Source of the DNA: Chlorokybus atmophyticus
Taxonomy: Eukaryota > Plantae > Mesostigma and Chlorokybus algae
DNA length: 64,000 nucleotides
Reading direction: 5' to 3'
Assembly: GCA_009103225.1 (NCBI GenBank)
Contig: RHPI01000560.1
Location: 231,465-295,464, forward strand
Part shown: piece after piece, positions 1 to 13,012 of the stretch
How the letters are laid out: each line of letters begins with the position of its first letter
How positions within the stretch are numbered: position 1 is the stretch's first letter
The notes under the pieces: generated by a model
What the model was told of the DNA's origin: nothing
The model's input: the letters and a program-made list of their open reading frames with translations, nothing else
Database searches by the model: none
Made by a program: the position numbers and the translations under genes

Positions 1-1250
1 ACATAGTGCTTGAGCACAATTGACAACTTGCGAAAGGGCGCATTGAGCTGTACATGCTTGCCCACACAGTCATGCATCAAAAAGTCGGAGTCAACAGGCA
101 CACCCATATTATCGTCCCATACAGCAACATCACATGCGAAGGGAAGGGTGTACATAACCAATAAAGACATCAACACAATGTTGGTAGCTTGCAGAGCCTT
201 GCTGCTAGTCGAGCAGCTCTCCACCCCGTCATCATATGCAATGGGTTTGTCATTAGCGGGGTTGGGGCAGGTGACCACTCGATGACCCTTCTCCCCGCAC
301 TTAAGACCATTTGGCCTTACAGCAAGCACCCTTCAGCTCCGGGCTGACCTATAAAAGGTTGTTGGTGCGCTTCTTATTGGCAGGTTGAAAGGGTTGCTTG
401 CCCTTGCTGTCTAGGCAACCGCGCTTGCGATTGTTGCCTCTGCCATTGCCATTGCCACTAGCAACTGTGGTGGTTGTCAATGAGGGCTGGCAGCTGTTCA
501 CAAGAGTCAGCTTCTTGGCCTGGTTGATAATGCGCTAGCTGTTATCATGCTGCACAGTCGTGCGCATCATTACATCATAATAAGAATGCGTGAAGGATTC
601 AAGGCCTTGAAGGTCAACTGCTTCCGCGTATCCTCTGGCAGAGCAGCCCAGCACTTGTCCATCTTCTCCGCATTAAAGCGGCATGTAAGGGCCGATCTCG
701 CCACATATTGACTCGATAAAGACAGCTTGTCTGAGATAGTAATGTCCTCCACTGACTGCCCGGGCTTGACTATTAAGCGCCTGAGCTTGTTATGTGCTCT
801 CGGCAATGGATTTACACCCCCATAGGCCTGCAACATAGTACTCTCAAACACATCCAGGCTCGTGACATCTTTGCCAGCGGCCTCTAGGCGTGGACAAGCC
901 CCTTCCCACATGCGTGCAGCACTATCCCGCAAGTAGGGTGCCAACTGCGTGGGCCTCATGCCTTGGCAAAACCTCAGCAGCACTCAACACACGCCTGCAT
1001 TCAGATAACCAATTACGCATAGCAACATCAAGATCCTTGCCTTTTCCCTCATAAGCGCCTGAAGAACTCAAGGCGTGGTATCATCTTGTGAGCATTGCTC
1101 AACTTAGCAAGCTGCTGCTCATGCTGTTCTTTCATGGTTGTGTTGGCAGCAAACATGGCCTGCACTTGCTTTTAAAGATAAACTACTTGAGCTGCTAGCG
1201 GGTTGGCAGCATGTCCATCAGCCAGAACCATTCTGAAGCTTTTTTGATGT
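1..1250 (-). mobile_element. Decayed LTR-retrotransposon-like gag region (gag, degenerate CCHC knuckle, downstream domain), truncated by the window edge
   Basis: The minus-strand ORF 570..983 and broken frames to about 1200 give a gag-like sequence (YEGKGKDLDVAMRNWLSECRR...PYLRDSAARMWE...FESTMLQAYGGVNP). It is followed by a basic/Gly-Asn linker and GLKCGEKGHRVVTCP at about 265-312, a CX2CX4HX4C knuckle with the first Cys lost. Several stops and frameshifts; no introns. Confidence 0.7.
3..140 (-). pseudogene. Dam-like DNA N6-adenine methyltransferase domain fragment within the retroelement
   Basis: In frame after the knuckle: FACDVAVWDDNMG...DSDFLMHDCVGKHVQLNAPFRKLSIVLKHY. NAPF resembles the NPPF/DPPY catalytic motif IV, preceded by F-x-x-D and D-F-L-x-x-D blocks as in phage/retroelement Dam-type MTases. 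Truncated at the window start. Confidence 0.5.
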
Positions 1251-3948
1251 GCACAAGCACGCAATGAGTGTGAATGCAATGATCACACCTCTCAACACTG
1301 CTACGTGTGTATGCAACAATGATGCACACAATGAGATGCCAAAGACAGCATGAAATACAGCCCGCACCTGATATGCAAGTGTGCACGCAGCTAGAACAAC
1401 AAACTAGCATGCAATCTCAGCCAGCAACACTGGTATAAAGCAAATGCAAGCAAAGAATGCAATGCATATGCCAGCAACAGATGTGCAAGCTAATGCACAA
1501 GCATGTAAGGCTTTGAACACTGCGCCGATACCAATGTCACGTTGACCTCTCAACTTACCTGCTGCGAGCGTCACAAACTTTTGCACAAGTCGTTCAACTT
1601 ACTGCACACCTTGCAACAAGCAACACCCCCACAAGGATTGGATGGGGAGAGCACCCTTCAACAGCTTCAGCCAGGTACCCCACACACAAGTAGCTTTGCA
1701 AGGCCAGTAACGGATTGCCACCACAAGGTGGTGTCATCACTTTATACTATCTGCTGCTTTTCGACCTGGCACATAGGATGTCTGAGTCCAGCGAGACCTC
1801 GCCACGTATGCGCTAACGTGTCAGCACAGGCTGACTGTAATCACCCTCAGACACATTAACATGGGCACTCTTGCCTTAGCGACTATGCGCTTGACAATGA
1901 ACAGTCCTGTTTTTACTGGTACAATGTCATGTGTACTACAGGAGTAGCTGCTATGTCCTTATGCATTAACACGTACACATACGCTCTAACTTCATAAACA
2001 CATATGCCAAGTGCTACACACACCATGACTACACAGAGAGAGAGAGTCCTTATTTTGTCCTTCTTAATACCACATTGATTAGAAATTGAGAGTAGCATAA
2101 GCCAGTTCTTTGGACGTGACAGCGCCTCACCTTATCACGCATCATCTGCATGCATGCCCATGTAATCAGAGAGTATGCACATTGCTGTTACTGTGTAGTG
2201 TTATTTATATAAATACAAGTTGGATGTGTAGCACGGTTGAAGACCTTAATACGACAATCATGTAAAGTTTACATGTATCATAAGCATAAAACATGGTATT
2301 TGAAGTAATTTGGATTGCAGGGTATTTTGAGCGCCACAGCATATTATTTTTACTTCGATGGTAGTGTAGGAACGCTGTCAACGCCTCCAAATTTCACACC
2401 ACATGAAGTGTGGACTTACAATACATGTGTTTCATGGTAGCTCTATTCTTCCAATTTGATCATGGTTTACCAAGCTGTCGCGGGCGCTCTCATGCCGGCT
2501 GATGTGCCGCGAACAAATTACATTCGTTTCGTACCGCCCTACAACTTAGCATAGTCAAGGCACAGTCATGTCAATGCACATGCATACTGCTATTTTAACT
2601 TGGTGTTTCTTATTAACACCGTAAAGACAGATATATCGCTCATGCCAGTTGCCTTTGGATTTGCGCATGTGGTAGTCGTGTTATCTGTAAAGTGCAGGTA
2701 GCCAACCGTAAACACTTCGGTGCACAATATTTAACAATGGCCGCAGTGTCAAGTTGCCCTGCAGCAGCTTTTTGTGGCTCGTGTGTAGGTGTGGTGTTAT
2801 TATCTTTGCTCCTGTTTTGCTCTGCTGCACATACTATTATGATGCAGAGAAAATGCAAAGCATATAAGCCATATTCGTTATATCAACAGAAGATAGGTGT
2901 GGTGCTACTAGCTTTGTTGCTTCGTTGCTCTGCTATATTTGCTGCTGTGGGGACTGAAGTACATCAAAGCATAGCTACATTCACATCAGCTACAGGTAAT
3001 ATGTATAGGATAGGCATGGCAATGATCCGAGCATGCATGGGTGTGCAAATGCATTCGCATGGTTGCGCATGTGCATTGGGTAGGCAGCTATGCATGCTAG
3101 CAACTCATTGCATGCAATGCATTGTATAATGTTTACACAGCATTCGCACCATTGCAATCATGCTTACCAGAATTGTAGCATGCAGCCACCATCATCATAC
3201 CACCTTCATTCCCGCTAGGCTATGTGCTGGTTCTACCATTACCATCCTAGCATGAACCTCTCAAGTTCCCACAGCCACCATACCTACCACATGGCCGGCA
3301 CTGTCAGCTTGTGAGGAACAGCCTGTTGAATGGAATGGAATGAAGGTGATATGATGCTACCATAGCCACAAACTTCGTGGGCCCCACGCACCTCTATGCC
3401 ACATGCAGGACCACCTAGATCATTCTACCCACCACTTCCCCTACCGCCTCCATGTCAGTGCATGCATGCACGGCAGTGCTAGTCACCTGCACAGCGGCTG
3501 CCCGGTGACATGCCGCTCATTACCATTCACCATGCAATGCACAAGTTTACGACACAGGACACTGGAATGACATCCAACATCTGCATCAAATTGTCGACAC
3601 TCTGCACAGGCACGCACATACAACCAGCAACAGCTAAGGAGAATGAGGGTTACCTACACGAACCATCACACGAACCGTCATACACACCTACGCGAGCATG
3701 CTTAAATGCCTGCTTCTGCAGTACACTACAATTATATCAACTCAATAACAGCCTTGACTACGCCTAAACAACATTGCGCAATGTCCCCAGTAATTGAAGG
3801 AATGTTCCCAACACTACAATGTGGATGAGCAGCAGCCCCCGACTCAAGGGACGTGTGCAAGGGTCGGAGGCGCCAGAAAAGAACAGCCTTGGAGGCGCAC
3901 ACGCTTGTGGGAAGCCTTGCACGTATCAGGATGCAACTTGAGGAGCAC

Positions 3949-4839
3949 TTAACGCCCAGCAGCCCCATCATCTTGGACACGCACAAGCATTCCAGGGTTT
4001 GGCATCATGTGACGAGATGCTGCAGCCTCGATTGCACATGTATCTGCGTGGATATAACGCTGCTTCTCTGCGAAGCCACTTGGGGGGCAGGAAGCCCAGG
4101 GCGACTGGACGAAGGCATTGAGATAGCTCTGCTTCTCCAAGTGCACAGCGTATCTCTCATACTCTTCAGGGTCGACCGTCAACCGAAAGTCCATGCGGAA
4201 AAGGAACTCCAGCTCTAGTCTGTTCATCTCTGCTGTCGTGACACCACCAACTTTGGCGTAGTAGGCGTTGTTGTAATACCTGCAGCACCAAATACTGTTA
4301 AGTTCGTTGCGCATGCAAGTGATATTACTTCTGCTATACAATCAGAGGACTCAGGCACTACCTACTCGATGGAAGATTCAAACCGTGATGCAATTGCAAG
4401 GCTACCACGTCATCAGTGATGCGCATGCAAGTGATATTGGCACTTACGCATCATCAAGGAACTTGGCAGCAATCATGACTGCGGCGATAATGAGACGGTG
4501 GACGTTGAGAGAGGTCAGAGGCATGGAAGCATGGCGGGTGGCCAGGCGGTCGATGTAACAGTACGCCACAATGAAGCAGGAAGGGCTGCAGTTGGCGTAC
4601 TTGAATATCCGCTCCAGGTAGGAGTGCACACCAATGACGGGCGGCCGAAGCCCATGGAACACAGTCAGCTTGCTGTATGCCATGCCTGGGTAGACGCCGC
4701 CAGCGCAGCGCTCGTTGCGCGCGACAGCACGCTCCAGCACGGACGCCACCGCAGCCAACACCCGAGGCTTCGTCTCCTCCGTGCAACCAGCCATGGTGCC
4801 CAGCGCACCCGCTCCGGGCAATGTCAATATGCCCACCAT
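3949..4839 (-). CDS. CYCU: U-type (P-type/PHO80-like) cyclin, 2 exons: 4839(or 4794)..4448 and 4279..3949
   Basis: PRVLAAVASVLERAVARNE...VFHGLRPP...YLERIFKYANCSPSCFIVAYCYIDRL...NVHRL...AAKFLDDA|YYNNAYYAKVGG...EMNRLELEFLFRMDFRL. GT-AG intron 4447..4280 joins the exons in frame. Confidence 0.95.
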
Positions 4840-5111
4840 CCCTCCAGCGCCCAACCAACCACCCCGCCCAGCCCTTACGCCTCCCGCCCCACCCGAGAGT
4901 TGTTGTCGGGCATCTCCGACCGACCGCCGCCCCCTCGCCGCCTCACACGGAGGCGGCCCGAGGCCTCTGCAACTTCACCAACAGCCCCACCCGCCCAACC
5001 ACCCGCACGCCACCACCACCACCGCCGCCTACGCCGCCTTCTCGTCCTTCGCCTCGGCCGCCGCTTGCAAAACCCTAAGCTGCCACGCCTCCAATTCCCG
5101 CGCCCATAAGT

Positions 5112-5350
5112 TAACCGCTGGCGCCCTTTTTGTTTTTCGCTCCTCCAACGATGCGCTCATTCTGCGCTTTTCTCGGTTACATAACCGCCGTTGATCTTTG
5201 TCCTTTAACCGGCGCGCGTGGCACTGAGCGTGCTTTAACCGCCCGCTGAGGCAGCCAACACGGGTCGAAATCTAACCAAATCTCGCTGAAAGCGGTTACC
5301 GCGTGTGCACAGCGTTTCATGGTTTAAAGCGCCATTTATCTGCACCGTTG
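5112..5350. promoter_or_regulatory. Cluster of TAACCG/CGGTTA (CNGTTR, MYB-type) motifs upstream of the cyclin
   Basis: TAACCG at 5112, 5182, 5206 and 5236; CGGTTA at 5174 and 5293; CCGTTG at 5188 and 5345. Confidence 0.4.
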
Positions 5351-5869
5351 GGCCTTGAATTAATATCGCGGCCGCCGCCGCTGGCTTGGCGCACAGCTGT
5401 CAGCACCGAGCCTCGGCCGGCTGTCGCCGGTCACGTTGCAGCACGACAGTTCTAGGCCTACGTAGGATAATTGTTGACCGCCGTAGTGACGCAGGTCGGC
5501 GTCATCGGCGTGACGGCGACCGGCAGCAACGGTCATCAGCCGTTGCAGTCGGTCTAAAAGCGCAAAAGATCATCGGGTGCATGTGCGAAACCGGCGAGAC
5601 ACAGCGACGGCCGGATAAGCTCATTCAACCGGCACAGCCGGACAAAGAAGGAATGCTGCCGATAATAACAGTGTTTGCTTGCAATGTCAGGCCGAAGTGT
5701 ACCGGTCGACACCCCTTCCCAACAGCTGCCCCACAACGGCACTCCGGCTGCCCTGAAGTGCCCTGAAGTGCCCGCTAACAGTGTCCACGCTGGAAAGGCG
5801 ATAAGTTCAAACGTGCGAGCGTGACGTGGAACTTCAGGAACGATGACGCAAACAGACGGCACCAGCAGT

Positions 5870-7500
5870 TATGGCACAACCATCTTAGTAATTAGTTATT
5901 GTACACACATTATGTAATATATATATTTATGGTTATCATACTCAATCAATAATAAACTCTATTATACTCCCATATGTATCTTACATACTTTTTATACAGT
6001 GCAATGGATGCATAAGATCATTGGAGCATTGTAATTCATTTTAAGACACATTATGATGTGAAAACTTCCCCATTAAATATATATAATATATACTATTATC
6101 GCATGTAAATAACGGTTATTCACAACGTATGATGCATGGCAACAAGTGCTGTGGTTATATATGCTTGTACTAAACGTGTTCTTTTGTATATTACACCAAC
6201 AATAATTTTGTTAATTGCAACGATGCAGAGTAAGCATTCGACAATATCTGCTTCATGTTTCAAATTTACCTTTTTGCCATCTTGCATATGTGCAACTTGC
6301 AGTTTATCCGAGTGCATGCAATGGCGGTTAAAATCAATTATGTTAAAGAGCAGCAATGTACCAATGTATACGTACTTGAAAACTATAATATACGTGCCAC
6401 ATTAAGACAGTATTCATTATAAATGTCGCATGTATGTAATATGCAATATATGGAATACTCAGCAATATGTGTGCACTCAACAATATAAGGTAAATCGGAA
6501 AAATGAAGGTTTCTATGAATTGTGCTTAAGTTGACACTCGTATTATATAAGTTTGAAACGATATACTGTGGTTTTTATGCCACGCAAGACCATAATTGTT
6601 TGCAGCTTCATAACCAAAGTGTTAAATATTACTTTTGCAACTGCATGCTCCAGATTGTGCCTAGCTAAGTGTATAGAGCAGCAGACTAGCCATTAATGAC
6701 TTGCGATGAATGTACAATCATGTACTCGAAAAAAGTTGCTGCTACATGGCATTGGCTCATTGTGCCATAATGAGTGCATGCACCGGTGTGGCCCACATCA
6801 ACGCACTCACATGCATATAGTATGCAACCGAATAGTCATACATTGTACATCTTTTAAACATGAGGGCATATTATTGATACTATACCCATGGCATAAAGCT
6901 TTTGAATGTGGCGAAGCACCAAACATGAATACATATAAGGCCTTTAACAATATGTTTCGAATGACCAATCGTCCTAACAAGAGAGTTTAAAAGTATGTAG
7001 TCTTTATGTACAAAAGAAAGTCCTTGATGCCATGCACATCATCCACCCGAGAGGAGAATACTTTCTGCCGCTATATTAGGCTTAAAAGTGTTCAATGGGG
7101 CGCTTGTTATGAGATTGTGTCATATTGCTCAAAGTACAAAGCTCAACAATGTTGTGTTTAGGTTGAATTGGAGCCTTTTTTCGAGGATTTTGCATGAAGG
7201 AAAACGCCTCATTCTGGACTGTGCTTATTGAGCGCATATAAAGGAATATCACGTTTAGCACGCTTGCTGTATCATACCATTACCGTATGTATCATAAGAA
7301 GTTGCTGTTCAACTTGCATGGACAAGCTGTTATGATTGATTTATCGGATCAATATAGGAAGTGATGGCATCACTTTCTATACAGTTGACCAAAAGTTTTG
7401 TTGCAAACACGGTGTTGTACTTTGTTTTGTGTGATGTGTATATATGATACAAGAGGTTATTAATTATCATAATTGTCGCTAGCAGCATTTGTGCCATGGA
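5870..7500. other. AT-rich island with no recognisable gene
   Basis: Abrupt shift from the GC-rich cyclin upstream region to AT-rich, CpG-poor sequence with only short ORFs. Confidence 0.6.
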
Positions 7501-8362
7501 TTATTGCACGAATTGCCCAATACTACAACGCCAACCTACATGCATGAGCGGAATCAGCGTGTACAAGTAGTATATGCAGTGTACTGCAATATCAAAAATT
7601 GTACCTATACCAAGCTTGAGATCAACCTCTACAGCGAGGGCATTATGCCGCGCACATCAATAAATCAAGTTACGTTTGCGCCAACATTATTAGACTGCGG
7701 CCTTACTTTACTTGATCCTAGTCGCGCATGTGGCGTGTGTTTAATACGTGTGCACTGTTGTTGAAGCCGTGGCCTCTGTCATGCCCATAATACTTACTCT
7801 CATGATGTGGTTGGTGATAGCTAAGTGAACAATTGGCCCCCAAATTGAGTAAGTCTGCAATTGGTTGCCGTTTGCACACTGCTTGCTTGCTAAATGTGGC
7901 CCCGGGGAAACTCTTGAGCTTGCTTGAAAGCGCAGCTCTACAGTTGGTTACGTGTTGCTTGTCCCATCAGCAAGAACCTCATGCATCGCATGTAACCACA
8001 ACTTGCCTACATTGCAACCATTACGCCAGCCTGAAGTCGCCCCAACTTGTGTTAGCTAAATATTTACTCATGACCTAACAATTCCGTAAAGCAAGGATGA
8101 CTATCCAGGCCATTGTTCAAAATATGCAAAGGGGAACTCGCACGTGTGCACTTGTGTTGTCTTTGCTTTATGGGCATGTGTTGCTAGGCGGTAAGCCAAG
8201 TGTGGTATCCCAAGCCACACTTGGAGCAGGTCGCACCATATGATAGCAGGACACAACCTCTACGAGGTGTTATGAGCACTAATGGTAAGCCACTAGGTGA
8301 CATCATACAAGACCACCTGACTACGATGTTGACGGCAGTGCACGCTTCACAATGCTCCATAG

Positions 8363-10852
8363 TTACACCACTCTCAGCAGGTTGTTCTCATGCCCGTTGT
8401 TGCTGACAACTTCCCTACGTGGATCAGCAACCCAGTTGCCATCCACAATGAACTTCGTCTGCAGCGGTAGTCCAGCACAATTTTCAGGCCCCAAAGCATT
8501 AAGAGCGGTACAAACCAAGAGTGTTTGAAGTAAAACGTGCATAGAGATAAACCACCATGCAAAGGCTGGGTTGCGTTGCTGCAAGTGGCAAACAGCCTGA
8601 AACAGTCGATGTATCAGCAACATACCTCATAGCAGCCTGGGTACAAACGCAGTTCTGCAACAAAGAGCCTCTCTCCGCGCGCACCACTTGCAGAATGGTC
8701 AGGTTCCAGCTCAATGTAATGTGTCCAGCCATCAAAGGCACCCGAGAGCAGCACTTGGTTCGCAACACCCCACCATTCAACGCGCACCTGAGCAGAACAC
8801 GGTGACGTGGCAGTTTATTTATTTTAAAGACAGCGGATATGGTGCTCTTCAGTATCCCAGGCATGACATTGCATCGTCTACCGCTTACCTTCCTTAATTG
8901 AGAAAGCGCAGCTTCTGCTGCGGACAAGCGAGCGTCTTGCTCTTGCAACTGACGCCGTGCAGCTGACAATTCAGCGACAGCGTTTGCCCGAAACTTGTTG
9001 AGTGAACCCTGTCAGTCGGTAAAACACATAGGTTAAACCCCAAAATCTCCCCAACACGATACTGACAATGTTGATGCTGCTCAACTCTGGACATAGTACC
9101 TGAGCTTGCTGCAATGCTGTTCTCAATGCTCCCAGCTCTGCCTCACGGGCTGCAAGAATGTCATTTACGCGCGCAATCTCCTGCTGCATTGTGCCGTTGT
9201 CGCCCCAAAGACTTTGGTCTCCCTGCTTTTCCATGCAATTATGACTTTGGACTATTCACTGTAGCACACGTTACTGCAAACGAATACTCACATGCTGCAT
9301 GACCTGCGCTGTGCTTGAGGCTACTACTACTGCTGTCTGCTGCTCCTCTTCACCAACCTTCTCCCCTCGCCGCCTTCTCTCCAACAACCTGATCAAACCA
9401 CCACTGGTCATATGCGATGAATCCCAATGAGAATGCACATGCATATGATAGTGTGAATGAAGCAAAAAGTGCACAACATGTCAACATAGCTGCGCTGCAT
9501 CAACCTGCGGAGCTGTTGCCCTTTCATTGCAGCTGTGTTGTCAGTCTCTTCAACCGGCGCGTCAAACACGAAGCCCTGTTCCCGCGCGTGAAGCTCCTAC
9601 CAACACCATGACAAAGAGGAGTTGATACATTGGATGAGTCACATGGGAACATGACAACTCACCTGCTCTCGCATCTGCTTTAGTCGCTGCTGAAGGCTAT
9701 CCGTTGATGTGTCCCTCTCTTCATCCCAAGGTTGTGGGCTTGACCCAGTCAACTCTTCATCTTGGTCGCCAATGCAAGGTGGCATGGCCAAGCTTGAGCT
9801 TACTGGCGGCCAATCAGAGTCATCCCAGCTGGGCGCAGCAGCTGTTGATGCGTAGTCTGCACTTGATGTTGTGCGCCCGTTGCCAGAAGAATCACGGTCG
9901 GGAAGCACCTGAGGTTGCGTCGCATCTGCAGCCAGCATGGCATTATCAATGATTTGTTACATGCATTGTGCATTGGAAGGGAACAGTAGGCTGCTACAAC
10001 CTGCTGCTGGATTCGAGCCGCCAGCATTCAACCCTCTGCCTGTGCGCACAAATAGAGCAGCTCGTTCTTGAAGAGACAGTACTGGATTGCTGTCATTTGT
10101 TTTGGAATCGTCCTGACTGTTCAGCGCAGCGTCTCATATTTCAGCGGGCTCGTGAACATGCAAATGCAGAAACCAATACAGTGCAATGGTCTCGATGACA
10201 ATAAAAACAAGGGTAAACGCTGAGGTTGCCCTGCACTTGTTGCTGATGGACAGTATCACAAAGCATTGCACAACGAGATCTAAGCGCTCACTTTCTGGGA
10301 GAAGGTCCTGAAGGGTTTTGCGCCTGGCACAGCACCAAACGACTGCTCCTGGCTGTGATGCTGGGCGTCCTGCGTGCAACTCCACCATCAATGTGGCATG
10401 CATGGCTCAGGATTCAAGTGGCGTACCGCACAATCAGCTCACACTGCAGCACAAATGTAGCATGCAAGGTCTAGTGTTGTGCCGTGCATAAATCCTAGGA
10501 AGGTCTGATTGCACAGTACAGCATGGCTTGCATGCGCAAGTGCAACCACTGAAGATAAAACAGTACAGCGGATGCTTCAAACATGCAACATTTTGCAAAT
10601 TGCATACGTAAGAGCAATAAAAACCAACAGACATGCAGAAGCAATGTACCTGTTGCCTGCTCGCATTGAGCCCAGGCCATGCTCACGGAGGCTCGCAGCA
10701 GCAGGCAGCGGCGGCAGCGAGCACGCCTGCTGCTGCTGGGCGGCAACAACCCGAGCAGAAAAGTACTGCTGATGCAATGCAGCTGACGCTGAGCTCGCCG
10801 CGCTCCTCCCTGACGCCCCGGCCACCGCCGCCGCCGGCCCAACCGCCGCCAT
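8363..10852 (-). CDS. PTST1: PROTEIN TARGETING TO STARCH 1-like (transit peptide, coiled coil, C-terminal CBM48), multi-exon
   Basis: Spliced C-terminus VRVEWWGVANQVLLSGAFDGWTHYIEL...LRLYPGCYE|TKFIVDGNWVADP...GHENNLLRVV* is a CBM48/AMPK-beta-type domain. Coiled-coil exons MQQEIARVNDILAAREAELGALR and QLQEQDARLSAAEAALSQLRK. Ala/Ser-rich N-terminus from ATG 10852. Internal exon boundaries are approximate. Confidence 0.75.
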
Positions 10853-11160
10853 GCCCGCCCCGGCCACGCATATGCCACTGACAAGCTTAGTTGGCGCCTC
10901 CCGCAAAAGCCAATCGATCGCGATCCGCTGACTGACCGCGAATTGGCGGCCTTTCCGACCCGGCTCGAGTGCGATGGATCACTTTTGATGAGACAGCAAT
11001 GCATTGCGTGGAACTGCCGTGCATTAGACGTCTGTTACGTCGCTTTGGTTGTTGCTGCGGGCAGCGTTGCCGTCCTGATTGGTGTCGCAGTCGTCGTCGG
11101 CGGCGTAGCGGTCAGCTAGCTTAGGTCTCGAGGTGGGAAGGAGAGAGAGCTCCTATCTCC

Positions 11161-12720
11161 ATGAGCGCAGCTGTGGTTTCCTGTTCCACGTCGTCGTTCG
11201 CGGCGGCGGCGACCTCTTCTGCTGCTGGGTTGAGAGCAGGTGACCGTCGCTGTGGTTGTGGTGGTCATGGTCCTTGTCTTTGTCCTTGTCATCTTTGCGT
11301 GGAAATGCGTTTGACTCTGCGTGTGCCTTTCTTGCAGGAGGAAGACGCAAGCAGGCTTCTTCGCCTCTGCTGCCGTCGCCGGAGCGCACGCTGCCTTTGC
11401 GTCTGGCTTCTTGCCGCGGACGTAGCAGAAGCAGTCAGCTTGGCATGGCGTCCGCACCAGCCACTGAGCAGCAGCTGAGTGTGATCAAAGCCGCTGTTGC
11501 AAACGACAACAAGAAGCGAGCGAAGGACACCGACACTGTGGTGAGACTTTATTGCACGGACACGCGCGCACATGCACACTCACACACATGCACACACACG
11601 CACGCACACACACACACACACGCGAGCACATGCACATGCACACAATCGCAAGGGTTGTGGGGTTGCTTAAAGAGCAGTATTCATCCAATTACAGCATTTG
11701 CGTCTGTGGCAGGCTGTGAGCAGTTTCTTGGCAGTGTCGCTCGATGCCGGTAGCTTGCAATGTTGGCATTATCGGCAAGTTGCATGCATGCGATTGACGG
11801 CGGTTCAGGCTTGCACATATGAAGGTTAACAAGAAAGCCTTCGAGTATACCAAATATTGCATGCTTGGTGCTGTGACAGTACTCCCAGTTACTACGCAGC
11901 TTTGTGATGTAAGCTCACCTGTTTGCCCTAGAATGTGCGGCACAGTGCAGTGCTTGCATTCTGCAGCTGTGACTGTCATTTTGCATCCGTGAAACCAATT
12001 CTTTTGCGGCCAGGCCATTCACTACATTGGCAAGCTGGCTACAGGCCATGTGTTCGCATCAACGAGGAAAACGATTCAGTCTGCTGCGACCAACGATCGC
12101 TGCTTTGTGTTCAGGCTGAGTGACGAGTATGTCATAAAGGTAAGCGTGCAAGAACCGCAATGCTCCTTGTTTGAATGACAAAACTGTTGTAAACAACACA
12201 TGTTGTGTGTTACTCACACCTGCATGTCTCAGAGTGGCATCAGTCATGTGCTTTGAGGCACAGATCTGTGCTCTGCGCTTGGGGTGCACCTCAACTTGTG
12301 ATGTTGTTTGGTTCCAGGATCCTATGATGAAGCAGTTCAACTCGCATGTGCTTGGCATGGCGGTCGGTGACAAAGTGCAGTTCACTGTGCCGAAGAGCGA
12401 GTCCTACCCGTATGACAGGTCATTGCTGCTTGAGCTCCCGCACTCAAAGCTCACAGAGCATCTCAAGGTTGGGGACTTTGCTTCGCTACCAACAGGTACC
12501 TTGTGGTACATCTAATTGGTATTACGATCCGAAGGCGCGTATGCGAGTGCTTTTGGGGCAACCCACACACTTACAGCGCACATTGGGTGCAGGGCGTAAC
12601 ATGAGAGTTGCTCGCGTAACCGACAAAACAGTGATACTTGATGGCAACAATCCTTTGGCTGGAAAGGAGCTCCACTTTGATGTGGAGCTGATTTCCATTC
12701 AGGAGGGTTTGATAGAGTAA
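11161..12720 (+). CDS. Plastid-targeted SlyD/SlpA-type FKBP peptidyl-prolyl isomerase; exons 11161-11239, 11338-11540, 12014-12139, 12318-12495, 12593-12720
   Basis: The joined frame reads transit-like MSAAVVSCSTSS...RLASCR, then V|AIHYIGKLATGHVFAST...FVFRL...|...GMAVGDKVQFTV...LLLELPHSKL...VGD...|GRNMRVARVTDKTVILDGNNPLAGKELHFDVELISI. This is an FKBP fold with an insert-in-flap segment and the SlyD-type D-x-N-x-PLAG motif. Confidence 0.85.
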
Positions 12721-13012
12721 ATAATGTGCACGTAAGCAGCGCTTGCTGTGTCAAGTGCACCTTATTGCGCAGCGCTAGTGACTTACATTGTAGTTGAAAA
12801 CCGGTCTGCAGGTCTACAGTGCGCATGGCTGACTGTTGCTGGTTGATATGCTTTCAATTGCCTACTCACAATATGTTCTGTGTTGGTATGCAATGCGCTC
12901 GCAAAAGCTGTTGTTGCCCTTGTCGTGGTGTACAGAATATGCAATGCGGGGTTGAGACATGCACGACACATGCAACCATCACAATGGCACAAACTGTATC
13001 ATCCATAACACC

